This document shows, piece after piece, positions 25,130 through 35,244 of a DNA stretch of 64,000 nucleotides. The DNA is from an uncultured Anaerolineales bacterium. Lineage in GTDB: Bacteria; Planctomycetota; Phycisphaerae; FEN-1346. The notes beneath the pieces were generated by a model. It was not told where the DNA came from. It made no database searches and saw nothing but the letters and a program-made list of their open reading frames with translations. The first letter of the stretch is position 1. The number at the start of each line of letters is the position of its first letter. Location: contig CAZGKW010000011.1 of assembly GCA_964526295.1 (NCBI GenBank), positions 3,515 through 67,514 of the forward strand. Direction: 5' to 3'. A program made the translations under genes and the position numbers.

Positions 25130-27679
25130 GTGAAGCGACGACTGGCGACGGCACTGATCGTACTGGCGGCGGGAGCGGCGACGGCATGGACCGACACGCG
25201 GGCCGACGTGGTCGTCCTCCCCGAGGACGCCCCCTGGCGGACCTACCTCGTGACGGCCCCGCAGGTCCGCGGGACGGCGGCCAACCCGCAGCCGGTGCGG
25301 CGGGGCAAGATCCGCGAGCCCTCGCCCTTGCCGCCCGCGGACTGGATGCAGCCCGACTTCGACGCCCACGCCTGGGCACGCCTCACGGACGACCTCGACG
25401 CCTTCACCGGCGAGTACGGCTATCGCCAGCCCGCGGACATGGCGATGCTCTGTCTGCGGTCGCGGTTCGGCATCACCGACCCGGCCCGGGCCACGGACCT
25501 TACGCTGGAGATGGAGTACCGCGGCGGCGTGATCGTCTACGTCAACGGCCGCGAGGTCGGCCGCCAACACATGCCCGAGGGGCCGGTCGAGCCGCTGACG
25601 CTGGCCGAGGACTACCCGCTGGAGACCTACCTGCTGCCGGGCGGCGGGGGGTCGCTGCGGCGGACGAGCCGCCCCGCCGAGGAACACCTCGAACGGTACG
25701 AGATGCGGATTCGGCACCTCAAGATGAGGCTGCCTGCCGACGCCCTTCGCCGCGGGGCGAACGTCCTCGCCCTGGAGCTTCACCGGGCGGCCTTCCGGGG
25801 CAGCCGGGACGAGTGGAGCACCGTCGGCGTGTGTAAAGTGGGGCTGACGAGCCGGTCGGGGGCGGGCGCCGTGGCCTACGACGAGGCGGCCGGCGGGCTC
25901 CAGCTCTGGAACGCCCTCGCCCTGGAGACCGTCGCGGAGCGGCCCAAGCCGCTCAATCGCGGATGGGGCACGGGACCGATGTCGATATCCGCCACGGGGA
26001 TGCGGCGGGGCAACCCGTTCGACCCGCTCCGGCCGATCCGGATGCTGGGTCCGCGCGGCGGCGTCGCCTCGGGCCAGGTGGTCCTCTCCTGCGACGCCCC
26101 CGTCGGCGACCTTAAGGCCACGCTCGGGCCGTTGGCGCACGCCAAAGGCGACGTCATCCCGGCCGGGGACATCGAGGTCCGCTACGCCGCCCAGCGGGAG
26201 GACGAACGGTTCTGCGACGCCCTGCTCGCCGAGCCGCCCGACGGCGCCACGGTCGTGCCCGTCTGGATCGTCGCGAAGGTCCCCGCCGGCCGGCGGCCGG
26301 GGTGGTACACAGGCGAGCTGACGCTCGAGGCCCGCGGCCGAACCTTCCGCGTGCCGGTGCAGCTTTTCGCCAGTGCCTTCACGGTGCCCGAGCCGCGCGA
26401 CGACCGGGCCCTCGTCGCCCTCCCCCATTCGCCGGACACGCTGGCCATCCACTACGGCGTCGACCCGCTCTCGGAGCCGCACTGGCGGCTGCTGGACGAG
26501 TCCTTCAAGCTCCTCGGCCAGCTCGGCCAGGACGAGCTCTACGTCCCGGTCATCCATAAGACCCACATGGGCCACGAGACGGGCTTCGTGCGGTGGGTGG
26601 AACGGGGCGGCGGGTACGAGCCCGAGTTCTCGGCCCTCGAGAGATTGATGGACCTCTACGAGAAGCACTGCGGCCAGCCCAAGGTCGTTTGCCTCATCGT
26701 CTGGAAGCCGCAGTACGGCAGCAAGGCGAACTTCCGCGGGGCCCAGGTCAAGGGGCCCGAGCCGATCGTCGTCACGCGATTCGACCCGCGGACGGGCCAG
26801 ATGGAGCCGATGGAGGCCCCCATGTTCGGCTCGCCCGGCAGCGAGGCGTTTTGGCGAACGATGATCGACGGCGTCCGCGACCGCGTCCGCAAGCGGGGCT
26901 GGGACGAGCGGGCCCTGATGCTCGGCCAAGGGTTCGACAGCCGGCCCCTGGCCGAGCACGTCGAGTTCCTGGGCCGCGTCGCGCCGGGCCTCCGGTGGCA
27001 GGTGTTCAGCCACTGGATTCGCGACCCGCGGCCGGAGAACGGGCGGCTCGTCCTGGCGAACGGCATGGTCGTGGGGTTTCGCGAGCAGGCCGGCCCGACG
27101 CCGCTGCCCGTGCTCGACGACGACTACCCCGACGTGCCGGAGCGGGACTTCCTGATGGCCGGGTCGCACCGGATGGACGTGGTGCAGTGGTCGTCGCCGC
27201 CGTCGTGGCGGAACATTCCGACGATGACGGGGACGCTCTGCCGCATCCCGTTCGACTTCTGGCCGACCAGGGAACGTGACGGGCGGCTCCGGCCGCTGCT
27301 GCACACGGGCATCTGTGGGGCGTGGCTGTATCGGGCGGGGCCGAGGGCGATCGTCTCGCCCGGCCCGTCCGGGCCGGCGCCGACCGTCCGGTTCCAGATG
27401 GTGCGGGAGGCGCTCGCCGAGACAGAGGCCCGCATCGCCCTGTCGGAGGCCCTGCACAAGCTGCCCGAAGGGGACCGCAAGGGGGCGCTCCAGGCGCTGC
27501 TGGCGGAGCGCCGCATGGCCCGGCACGTCGGGCGGGCCGTGCCGCAGGCCCAGGTGGGCCTCGACTGGCTGGGCCTCTCGGCCCGGGAGTTCGCGGCCGC
27601 CGCCGCCCTGGCCGGAGAGACCGAGAACGGCGCCTGGTCCGACCCGCCCGACACGGCCGCCGGCGCGGCAGGGGAATGA
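25130..27679 (+). CDS. Secreted GH123-like / glycoside hydrolase domain-containing protein, paralog G1 (849 aa)
   Basis: GTG start with GGAGG RBS; signal MKRRLATALIVLAAGAATAWT; YRGGVIVYVNGREVGR beta-module; PVWIVAKVPAGRRPGWYTGELTL and VPVQLFASAFTVP fit the GH123-type N-terminal sandwich. Confidence 0.6.
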   Translation: MKRRLATALIVLAAGAATAWTDTRADVVVLPEDAPWRTYLVTAPQVRGTAANPQPVRRGKIREPSPLPPADWMQPDFDAHAWARLTDDLDAFTGEYGYRQPADMAMLCLRSRFGITDPARATDLTLEMEYRGGVIVYVNGREVGRQHMPEGPVEPLTLAEDYPLETYLLPGGGGSLRRTSRPAEEHLERYEMRIRHLKMRLPADALRRGANVLALELHRAAFRGSRDEWSTVGVCKVGLTSRSGAGAVAYDEAAGGLQLWNALALETVAERPKPLNRGWGTGPMSISATGMRRGNPFDPLRPIRMLGPRGGVASGQVVLSCDAPVGDLKATLGPLAHAKGDVIPAGDIEVRYAAQREDERFCDALLAEPPDGATVVPVWIVAKVPAGRRPGWYTGELTLEARGRTFRVPVQLFASAFTVPEPRDDRALVALPHSPDTLAIHYGVDPLSEPHWRLLDESFKLLGQLGQDELYVPVIHKTHMGHETGFVRWVERGGGYEPEFSALERLMDLYEKHCGQPKVVCLIVWKPQYGSKANFRGAQVKGPEPIVVTRFDPRTGQMEPMEAPMFGSPGSEAFWRTMIDGVRDRVRKRGWDERALMLGQGFDSRPLAEHVEFLGRVAPGLRWQVFSHWIRDPRPENGRLVLANGMVVGFREQAGPTPLPVLDDDYPDVPERDFLMAGSHRMDVVQWSSPPSWRNIPTMTGTLCRIPFDFWPTRERDGRLRPLLHTGICGAWLYRAGPRAIVSPGPSGPAPTVRFQMVREALAETEARIALSEALHKLPEGDRKGALQALLAERRMARHVGRAVPQAQVGLDWLGLSAREFAAAAALAGETENGAWSDPPDTAAGAAGE

Positions 27680-27728
27680 CGATGGCCGATCCTCTGCCCC
27701 GCGCCGCTCGGACGCCATTCCCCTTCGT

Positions 27729-27762
27729 CCCTCTCCCCTGGCGGGAGAGGGGCGGGGTGGGG
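27729..27762. repeat. REP-like hairpin family A (CCCTCTCCC-N5-GGGAGAGGG-GCGGGGTGGGG)
   Basis: 9-bp perfect stem 27729-27737/27743-27751; nearly identical to the reverse complement of 62957-62993. Confidence 0.8.
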
Positions 27763-27816
27763 AGGAGTGAGGGCCCTGAGGCAACTTCGCCGCGGGCCGG
27801 GACAAGCCCAGCGAAG

Positions 27817-27859
27817 CCTGAGCGCGACGGGCCCCCTTCGGCTTCGCTCAGGACAGGCT
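27817..27859. repeat. REP-like element family B (CCTGAGCG...CCCTTCGGCTTCGCTCAGGACAGGCT)
   Basis: CCTGAGCG (27817-27824) pairs with CGCTCAGG (27845-27852); core CCCTTCGG-N3-CGCTCAGG is shared with 31238-31279. Confidence 0.7.
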
Positions 27860-27891
27860 CGGACCCGCCTCGCAGAGCACGTGTCGCAGCG

Positions 27892-29742
27892 ATGAGGCCG
27901 GGTTTCCTGGCTGCCGCGCTGCTCCTGGTCGCCGGGCCGGCGCGAGCGCTCATCAACCCCAACTACACGCCCGCCGACCTGGTCATGGATTCCCGGTCGA
28001 TCCACGCCCTCGAAGTCAAGGCGCCGAAGGACGGCCGGGTCGCCGCCCGCATTACCGGGACGATCAAGGGCACGGCGCCGGCCTCCGAGACGCTCGTCCT
28101 CGACGTGACCTCGGCGGTGAGCATCGAGCCGGCGGAGGTCGCGCGGGCCTTCTCGGGCCGCCCGACGGCCCCGGCGGTCCTGTTCATCTCTCGCGAAAGC
28201 GACGGCGACGCCAGGACCGGCGCCGTCCAGATCGCGACGACGTGGTTCGCCGTCACGGAAGCCGAAGGCGACGGCGTCTGGACGCTCGACCGCGACGAGC
28301 AGGCCCTTGAGCTCGTCTGGGCGGGAAGCGCCGACCAGCTCGCCCGGGCCGCCCGGCAGACGATCGCCGACCCGACGGTCGAGTTCCCGGTCCGCTCCTA
28401 CCTGGAGTGGGGCGGCGACCGGGCACTCGGCACCCTCGGCGGCCCCGCACGGGACTGCGTTGCGGCAGACCTCGGCGGCGCGATCGGCCCGTGCGTCCTC
28501 GTCCTGGCCGACTCGGGCGACCGGCTCATCCGATCCGACTCGGACGGCGGGCCGCCGGTTGACGCCACAGCAACCGCCGGCCTCCGCACCGCGTCGCGAT
28601 CGATGGCCCCGGGCGACTTCGACCGCGACGGACGCATCGACCTCGCCTGGTACGATGGAAAGGCCGTCCGCTTCGCGGTTCGCTCGGCCGACGGCACCTT
28701 CGGCGCCGCCGACGGCCCGGGCGTGGCACTCGCGGGCGTCCGGTCGTTGGCGGCGGTGGCTGCGGGAGCCGACGATGGGCCGGGCCTGGTGGCCGGCACG
28801 CCGGACGGGCCCGTCTTGATCGCCCGTGGCGCGGGCGGTACTTGGTCCGCGCGGCCGATCGGATCGGCGCCTGGCTCGAAAGGCACCGACCTCGGCGCCG
28901 GCGGACTGTGCGTCGTCGCGGACTTCGACGGCGACGGACGGTGCGACCTCCTCGCCCTCTACGCCAAGGGCCTCGTCTTCTATGCGGGCGCCGCCGAAGC
29001 GGGAACGTTCGCGGCCCCCGCCATCACGCCGCTCGAGCCAGCCGGCGAGCCGTACGCGGCGCTGGGCGGCGACTTCGACGCCGACGGGTCGCTCGACGTC
29101 GTCACGGGCGGCCGGGAGGGCCTCGCGCTCCTCTCGCGCGACGCCGCCGGCGCCTGGCGGAACACGGCGTTTGAGACCGGCGAGCTGGTCCGCCACGGCG
29201 GCGAGGGCGAGGCCGCCGTCCGCGACGTCTCCGCCTGCGACGTCAACGCCGACGGCAAGCAGGGCGTGGCCCTCTTCTACGCCCGGGGCAATCCGGCGGT
29301 GTTCTTCAACCGGGGGTTCGCCTGCTTCGGCCTGGCGCGGGAGCTGATGCTGAGCGCGTCGAACCTCAAGGGGGCGGTCGCCCTCGGCCGGGGTCAGAGC
29401 GCCGGCGTCGTGACGGACCTGAATGGCGATGGGGCCGAAGACCTGCTCGGCGTCAACCCCCAGGGCGAGATCTGGACGCTCTTTGGCCAGACGGACGAGC
29501 CGCGGAGCACCCGCCTGACGGTCGTTCTGCCCCCGGGCGCCGCCGGCCCCGTCACCGTGACCGCCCTCGTCCGCGACCGGCCGAGCGGGATGGTCGTCGT
29601 CCGGCCGGGGAAACCCGCCGTCGTCAACCGGCAGATGCCGGGCCCCGTCACACTGGCGTGGAAGACGCCGGACGGGCGGGCGATCCGCCGGACGGTCATC
29701 CTGGAGCGCCCCACCCGCGTGTCGCTCACGGCGGAGGAGTGA
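27892..29742 (+). CDS. Secreted FG-GAP/VCBS repeat protein (616 aa; in-frame alternative start 27676)
   Basis: Signal MRPGFLAAALLLVAGPARA; repeats GDFDRDGRIDL, ADFDGDGRCDLL, GDFDADGSLDVV, DVNADG, TDLNGDGAEDLL. Confidence 0.85.
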   Translation: MRPGFLAAALLLVAGPARALINPNYTPADLVMDSRSIHALEVKAPKDGRVAARITGTIKGTAPASETLVLDVTSAVSIEPAEVARAFSGRPTAPAVLFISRESDGDARTGAVQIATTWFAVTEAEGDGVWTLDRDEQALELVWAGSADQLARAARQTIADPTVEFPVRSYLEWGGDRALGTLGGPARDCVAADLGGAIGPCVLVLADSGDRLIRSDSDGGPPVDATATAGLRTASRSMAPGDFDRDGRIDLAWYDGKAVRFAVRSADGTFGAADGPGVALAGVRSLAAVAAGADDGPGLVAGTPDGPVLIARGAGGTWSARPIGSAPGSKGTDLGAGGLCVVADFDGDGRCDLLALYAKGLVFYAGAAEAGTFAAPAITPLEPAGEPYAALGGDFDADGSLDVVTGGREGLALLSRDAAGAWRNTAFETGELVRHGGEGEAAVRDVSACDVNADGKQGVALFYARGNPAVFFNRGFACFGLARELMLSASNLKGAVALGRGQSAGVVTDLNGDGAEDLLGVNPQGEIWTLFGQTDEPRSTRLTVVLPPGAAGPVTVTALVRDRPSGMVVVRPGKPAVVNRQMPGPVTLAWKTPDGRAIRRTVILERPTRVSLTAEE

Positions 29743-29915
29743 GAAGCCGCCGGCGGGCGCAGCCAAGGGCCTATCCGAATAACCTGCTCTACGGCGGTCG
29801 GCGGCGAGACCCCCCCGCGCCCGGCGGATTGTCCTCGGGGCGCGCCGGCCGGCCCGGTCCTGGTACAAGGGCGGCAGCGACGGGCACTGCCCGAGAGGAC
29901 GCAGCGAGGCCGACC

Positions 29916-31184
29916 ATGCGAATCCTGATGATCACGAACGTCTACAAGCCTTTCGGCGGGGGCGTGGCCCGGAGCGTCTCGTCCTGCGCCGAGGCCTTTC
30001 GCGAGCGGGGCCACGACGTCCTCGTCGTCGCGCCCGAGGCCGAGGGCCAGGACGAGTCGGAACCCGGCGTCGTCCGGGTCCCGAGCATCCACCGGCCGCT
30101 GAAGCGGCCCTTCGCCATCGCCCTGCCCGTGCCCGGGCTGCTGACGAGGCGGGTCCGGGAGTTCGAGCCCACGGTGGTCCACTCGCACCACCCGTTCCTG
30201 CTGGGCGACGACGCGCTGCGGATCGCCGCGTCGCGGGGCCTGCCGCTCGTGTTCACCTATCACACGCAGTACGGGACCTACGTCCGGTCGCTGCTGGAAG
30301 GGGGCGAGCGGCTGGCCCGGTTCGCCGAGCACCTGGCCGTCGAGTACGCCAACCTGTGCCAGTGGGTCGTCGCGCCGAGCGAAAGCATCGCCGAACGGCT
30401 CCGCGAGCGGGGCGTCCGAAGCCCCATCGCCGTCGTCCCCACGGGCGTCGACGTGAAGCGGTTCAGCCGGGGCGACGGCCTGGCCGCGAGGGAGCGGCTC
30501 GTCATTCCCGAGGACGCCTTTGTCGTCGGCCACGTGGGCCGGCTGGCCGAGGAGAAGAACCTGGGGTCCCTCGGCCGGGGGGTGGCCCGGTTCCTGGAGG
30601 AGTTCGAGACGGCCCGGTTCCTGGTGGTCGGCACGGGCGACGCCGAGGAGGAGCTGACCGCCCCCCTGGAGGCGATGGGCGTCGCCGACCGGGTCCACCT
30701 GGCGGGCCGGCTGGTGGGGCAGGAGCTGGCCGACGCCTATCACGCGCTCGACGTCTTCGCGTTCGCCTCCAAGAGCGAGACCCAAGGGCTCGTGCTGGCC
30801 GAAGCGATGGCGGCCGGCCGGCCGGTGGTCGCCCTCGCAGCCCCCGGATCGAGCGACATCCTGGCGGACGGGACGAACGGGGTGCTGGTCGAGGACGAGG
30901 ACGCGGAGGCGTTCGCCGAGGCCCTGGCCCAGGTGGCCCGGATGGACGCCGAGGCCCGCGAGGAGCTGGCCCGGGCCGCCCGCGAGACAGCCGAGGCGTA
31001 CTCGCTGGACGCCTCGGCGGAGCGGCTGCTCGAGGTGTATGAGAAGGCCCGCGGCGCCGCCCCCGAGCCGGGCGAGGCCGACTCGGGCCGGTGGCATCGG
31101 CTCAGGCGGTCGCTGGCGGCCGAGTGGGACCTGTTGACGGCGGGCGGGGAGGCGGCTTCGGCGGCCTTCGGCGAATCCGACTGA
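29916..31184 (+). CDS. Glycosyltransferase family 4 (422 aa)
   Basis: MRILMITNVYKPFGGGVARSV, HSHHPFLLG, FTYHTQY, GHVGRLAEEKN, SKSETQGLVLAEAMAAG. Confidence 0.92.
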   Translation: MRILMITNVYKPFGGGVARSVSSCAEAFRERGHDVLVVAPEAEGQDESEPGVVRVPSIHRPLKRPFAIALPVPGLLTRRVREFEPTVVHSHHPFLLGDDALRIAASRGLPLVFTYHTQYGTYVRSLLEGGERLARFAEHLAVEYANLCQWVVAPSESIAERLRERGVRSPIAVVPTGVDVKRFSRGDGLAARERLVIPEDAFVVGHVGRLAEEKNLGSLGRGVARFLEEFETARFLVVGTGDAEEELTAPLEAMGVADRVHLAGRLVGQELADAYHALDVFAFASKSETQGLVLAEAMAAGRPVVALAAPGSSDILADGTNGVLVEDEDAEAFAEALAQVARMDAEAREELARAARETAEAYSLDASAERLLEVYEKARGAAPEPGEADSGRWHRLRRSLAAEWDLLTAGGEAASAAFGESD

Positions 31185-31237
31185 CGGGCCCCGTGTGGCC
31201 CCTCACGACGGCGCGGGTCCGCGTCGCGCGGCTGCCG

Positions 31238-31279
31238 CCCTTCGGCCACGCTCAGGGCGGCCGTGAGGCCCTCGAAGGG
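31238..31279. repeat. REP-like hairpin family B between convergent genes, possible bidirectional terminator
   Basis: CCCTTCG...CGAAGGG outer stem with inner CTCA/TGAG pairing; lies between the GT4 stop (31184) and the PRC gene stop (31301). Confidence 0.7.
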
Positions 31280-31300
31280 GCGCGGCACCGTCGGCCACGA

Positions 31301-32059
31301 TCACCCTGGCGACGAGTCCTGCTCCCAGTACTTCGCCCGGCCGTAGTGCTCGTGAAGCGCGTCCTCGTACCGGCGGTCGATCGGCTCGGAGGGGTCGTAC
31401 TCGGGGCTGTTGCGGACCTGGTCGCCGGTCATCTGGACGAACATCCGCTTGCCGGCCCAGTCCACCTGTCGGACCCAGGCGGGGGCGACCAGGACGTGCC
31501 GGCCGGGCAGCCCGTTCCGCGTGTCGATGACGAGATACTGGATGGTCCACGTCTCGGGGTCGATGATGAAGTCCTCGACGTGTCCGACCTCGTCGCCGTC
31601 GGCGGCCTCGACGCGGTAGCCGCTGACCTCGTCGGCGCTTCGGAGATGGTCGTCGCCGGCGGGCTCGGACGGGCTGCCGCCCCAGTCGGCGGGCTGGACC
31701 GGGACGGGGACGACGCCGCCCGTCACGGCCGGGCCGACCCAGTACGGGGCCCACCCGAACCACGCCACCAGCTCCTGTTCGTGCTGCCGCGAAACCGGCT
31801 CGTCCTCCCGGACGCTCGGCGCCTCGCGGACCTGTTCCTGGCTCAGATGGACCGGCACGGCCTCGGCGTCGGCATCGGGCTCGCCCAGGGCCTCGGGGGC
31901 GAGCAGCACCTTGCGGCCGGGCAGCCACGTGCCGGTGTCGGCCACCAGGTACCGGATGCGCCAGCCGCGGTCGTCGAAGTAGCAGTCCTTGACCTTGCCC
32001 AGCTCGCCGTCGGTCGCTTCGAGGGCATGTCCCTCGATCTCGCTCACGCTCGTCAGCAC
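31301..32059 (-). CDS. Tandem PRC-barrel domain protein (252 aa)
   Basis: Two PRC units: IEGHALEATDGELGKVKDCYFDDRGWRIRYLVADTG and VSGYRVEAADGDEVGHVEDFIIDPETWTIQYLVIDT. Confidence 0.92.
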   Translation of the reverse strand: MLTSVSEIEGHALEATDGELGKVKDCYFDDRGWRIRYLVADTGTWLPGRKVLLAPEALGEPDADAEAVPVHLSQEQVREAPSVREDEPVSRQHEQELVAWFGWAPYWVGPAVTGGVVPVPVQPADWGGSPSEPAGDDHLRSADEVSGYRVEAADGDEVGHVEDFIIDPETWTIQYLVIDTRNGLPGRHVLVAPAWVRQVDWAGKRMFVQMTGDQVRNSPEYDPSEPIDRRYEDALHEHYGRAKYWEQDSSPG

Positions 32060-32251
32060 CTCAGGGCCCTCCTTCCACGTACTTTTCGGCCGGCGCCTTG
32101 TACGCGCCCGCCTCAGTGAATCACGGAATTCTCTACCTGCCCCGAAACGGGCACAATCGGAGGATTCCCGCTCGCGCGGTGGGAGATAGTCCCTGTGAGG
32201 AGACGGGCTTCCCCCCAGGCGGCGGGCCCGAAGGGAGGGCGTGCGAAGGCG

Positions 32252-32968
32252 TCAGCCGGTGGACGACGTGTCGGCGGAGGGCCGTTCTGCCTCGGTCCGG
32301 ACCCAGTCGAAGGCCCGCTGGTGGAGCTCGGTGGCGTCGGCCAGCTTGAGCTTCCGCTTGATGTTCTCGCAGTGGGTGTAGACGGTCTTGGTGCTGAGGT
32401 GGAGGCTGTCGGCGATCTCGCGGGTCCGGCGGCCGCGGCCGATCAGGTCGAAGACCTCCAGCTCTCGGTCGGTCAGGGCGTCGACGGGCGAGGTGCCTTC
32501 GTCCACGTCCCGGCCGCCGACGACCCGCTTCAAGAGGCGGCCGCTCATCCGGTCGCTGAGGCAGACCTGACCGCTCAAGACCTGGCGGAGCCCTTCGACG
32601 ACGCGTCCCAAGGGCTCGCCCTTCATGAGGTAGCCCTGGGCCCCGGCGCGGAGGGCCCGCTCGGCGTAAAGGGTCTCGTCGTGCATCGAGAGAACGAGGA
32701 CCTTGACGGGCCGCTTACCGGCCGCCAGGTCCTTGATCAACTCCAGGCCGCTCCCCTCCTCCAGGGTGATGTCGACGAGGGCGACGTCGGCCCGGTGCTC
32801 CTTGACGAGCTGCTTGGCCTCGCGGACGGTGGCCGCTTCGCCACAGACCTCCAGGTCGTCGGCCCGGGCGATGGCGTCGAGCAGGCCCCGCCGGACGGCC
32901 GGATGGTCGTCGACGATCAGGACCCGGGCGGGCTCGGTGGCCCCGAGCGTAGAAGCGGAGTCAGGCAT
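32252..32968 (-). CDS. NarL/FixJ-family response regulator (REC plus LuxR HTH)
   Basis: VLIVDDHPAVRRGL, VALVDITL, VLSMHDE, GYLMK, LTDRELEVFDLIGRG...IADSLHLSTKTVYTH. Confidence 0.95.
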   Translation of the reverse strand: MPDSASTLGATEPARVLIVDDHPAVRRGLLDAIARADDLEVCGEAATVREAKQLVKEHRADVALVDITLEEGSGLELIKDLAAGKRPVKVLVLSMHDETLYAERALRAGAQGYLMKGEPLGRVVEGLRQVLSGQVCLSDRMSGRLLKRVVGGRDVDEGTSPVDALTDRELEVFDLIGRGRRTREIADSLHLSTKTVYTHCENIKRKLKLADATELHQRAFDWVRTEAERPSADTSSTG

Positions 32969-34694
32969 GGGCGCGTTCTCCCTGGGTGCCGAGAGGCAGG
33001 GGCAGGCGACAGCGGACCACCGTGCCGCCGTTCTCGCCCGGCTCGATCTCCCATTGGCCGCCGATCAGGCTGGCCCGGTGCTGCATCGTGTGGAGGCCCA
33101 TGCCGCCGGCGGACCCGGCGTCCTCGGGGATGCCGTCGCCGTCGTCGGCGATCGACAGCGACAGGCCTCCCTGGTCGCGGACCAGGCGGATGGCGATGCG
33201 TGAGGGGCCGGCGTGGCGGACGGCGTTGTTGACGGCCTCCTGGACGATGCGAAACAGGTGCGTCGCCGCGCTGCCGTCGTGGATCGGCACCGGCTCGGGA
33301 CAGTCCAGCTCGCAGGAGACCTCGAAGACTTCGGCGGTGGTTTCGGCCAGGCCCCGGATCGCCCCCACGAGGCCCTCCGGCCCGGGCTCGACCGGCGAGA
33401 GGCCCCGGGCCAGCGACCGGGCCTCGCGGATCGTCTGGCAGGCCAGCTCGGCCAGCTCGGCGGCGTCCTCGGCCTGGGGCCGGCCGTCCTGGGCCAGGTC
33501 CTGGGCCAGGTTCTCGCACCGGTACGACATCGCCGTCAGATGCTGGCCGAGGGTGTCGTGGAGGTCGCGGCCGATCCGCTCGGCCTCCCGGTCGCTGGCC
33601 TCCAGGACCATCCGCTCCAGGCGCTTCCGCTCGGTGACCTCCACCAGGGTGAGAACAAGCCCGACGACGTCCCCGTCGGGGTCTTTCACGGGGCGGAGGC
33701 TCCAGTCCCAGTAGGTGACGCCGCGGTCGCCGTCGGTGAGATAGATGAACGGCTTCTCGAAGACGACGTAGGGGCGGCCCGTTCGGAGGACGCCCTGGAA
33801 GATCATCTTGAGGGCCCGCCGGGCCGCCTCGTTGCCGGCCTGGGGGAACAGGTCGAAGTGGTTCTTGCCGACGAAGTAGTCGGGGTGCTTCCCCCCGGCG
33901 CGGGCGTAGGCCTGGTTGACCCGGATGAAGTTGAAGTCGGTGTCGAGGTAGGCGATGAGCATGTGGACATTGTCGAAGATGCGTTCGAGCAGTTCGGAGG
34001 TCTGCTGGAGGCGGCGCTCCGTCTTCGCCCGACGCTGCCGGGCGCGCAGCACCCCGATGCCGAACGCCAGGTCCTCGGCCATCTGGACCAGCAGATCGAC
34101 CTCGTCGGCGTCGAAGTCGGCCGGCTCGTCGGAGTAGATGTTGAGGACGCCGAAGACCTCGGCGTCGAGGACGAGCGGCAGGGCCAGCGTGGAAGCGTAG
34201 CCGCGCCTGGCGGCGTCGTCGCGCCACTCGACGAAGTGGGGGTCGGCGAGGATGTTCTGGCAGGCGATGGGCCGACCCTGGCGGACGGCCCGGCCGCTCG
34301 GGGCCTGACCGTGGGGGGTCTCGGCCCAGGAGAACGGGCTCGATTCGAGGTAGCCCTGCTCGAAGCCCGCCTGGGCCACGGGCCGGATGGATTTCTTCGC
34401 GTCGCCCTCCCGGTAACCGACCCAGGCGAGGCGGTACCCGGCTTCCTGGACGCAGATGCGGCAGATCTCGTCCAGGAAGGCCCGTTCCTCCTCGAAGCGG
34501 ACGAGGGCCCGGTTGACGGCCGTCAGGACGCGAAGGGCCCGGCTGAGCAGGCGGACGCTCTCGCCGGCGGCGCGCGGCTCCCCGGGTGCATCACGATGCG
34601 CCTCGGCGCCCGGGCCGTCGGCCGCCCGGTGGGCAGACGGCGGCTGAGAGTCCGCGGGCGCGGGTTTCCGGCAGTTGGACCCCGACCCCTGCAT
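32961..34694 (-). CDS. GAF-PAS sensor histidine kinase, HisKA_3 type (577 aa)
   Basis: GAF (ICRICVQEAGYRLAWVG...LNIYS), PAS (IAYLDTDFNFIRVNQAY), H-box RDLHDTLGQHLTA, LFRIVQEAVNNAVRHA, IADDGDG. No TM segment seen. Confidence 0.92.
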   Translation of the reverse strand: MQGSGSNCRKPAPADSQPPSAHRAADGPGAEAHRDAPGEPRAAGESVRLLSRALRVLTAVNRALVRFEEERAFLDEICRICVQEAGYRLAWVGYREGDAKKSIRPVAQAGFEQGYLESSPFSWAETPHGQAPSGRAVRQGRPIACQNILADPHFVEWRDDAARRGYASTLALPLVLDAEVFGVLNIYSDEPADFDADEVDLLVQMAEDLAFGIGVLRARQRRAKTERRLQQTSELLERIFDNVHMLIAYLDTDFNFIRVNQAYARAGGKHPDYFVGKNHFDLFPQAGNEAARRALKMIFQGVLRTGRPYVVFEKPFIYLTDGDRGVTYWDWSLRPVKDPDGDVVGLVLTLVEVTERKRLERMVLEASDREAERIGRDLHDTLGQHLTAMSYRCENLAQDLAQDGRPQAEDAAELAELACQTIREARSLARGLSPVEPGPEGLVGAIRGLAETTAEVFEVSCELDCPEPVPIHDGSAATHLFRIVQEAVNNAVRHAGPSRIAIRLVRDQGGLSLSIADDGDGIPEDAGSAGGMGLHTMQHRASLIGGQWEIEPGENGGTVVRCRLPLPLGTQGERAHA

Positions 34695-34741
34695 CCCGAC
34701 CCCCGTGTTACGGCCCCCCGACCCCAACGGACACACCGTAT

Positions 34742-34771
34742 AGGATATACGGCCCGCCGGGCCCCGGTCAA
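34742..34771 (-). promoter_or_regulatory. sigma70-like promoter (TTGACC-N18-TATCCT) for the kinase/regulator pair
   Basis: Minus strand: TTGACC at 34771-34766, TATCCT at 34747-34742, 47 nt upstream of ATG 34694. Confidence 0.55.
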
Positions 34772-34830
34772 GCATGGGAACAGGCCGGCACGAGCAGCCC
34801 TCGCCCGGGGCCGGCGCAACGCCGGGGCCG

Positions 34831-35112
34831 TCACGGCACCCAGACGAGGCTGTTCAGGCGGCCCGCATCGTCGGCCACCAGGGTGTCGGCCTCCGGGTCG
34901 TTCAGCCAGACGCCGTCGCAGACGAACTTGTATTGGTGCTCGCCGGGCGGGAGCTTGAGGCGGGCCCGGAAGGTGCCGTCCGGCATCTTGCGCATGCGGC
35001 GGGCCTGCGGGTCCCAGTTGTTAAAGCTGCCCACGAGGTAGGCCTGGGTGGCCAGGGACGCGGGCTTGCACGTGAAGGTGACCTCGCGTCCACGGTGTCG
35101 ACGAATGGCCAT
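34831..35112 (-). CDS. Isoamylase early-set / CBM48 (AMPK-beta-like glycogen-binding) domain protein (93 aa)
   Basis: QAYLVGSFNNWD...MRKMPDGTF...LPPGEHQYKFVCDGVWLNDP. Confidence 0.9.
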   Translation of the reverse strand: MAIRRHRGREVTFTCKPASLATQAYLVGSFNNWDPQARRMRKMPDGTFRARLKLPPGEHQYKFVCDGVWLNDPEADTLVADDAGRLNSLVWVP

Positions 35113-35244
35113 GGCACGTACTCCAGGAAACACTCGACGCACCGGCCGAAGAACGATCGGTCCCCATCGGGGCCTTGTTCCCGGGGGCCCGGCCGTCGCT
35201 CTCGGCTGGCCGAACCGGTGCGGTCGAGGCGCCGCCGGGCGGGG

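Noticed and set aside
22610-27805. 1731-aa antisense ORF and many other long overlapping ORFs as dual-coding genes
   Set aside because: They mirror well-supported genes on the opposite strand or in shifted frames, lack motifs and RBSs, and stop codons are rare at this GC content.
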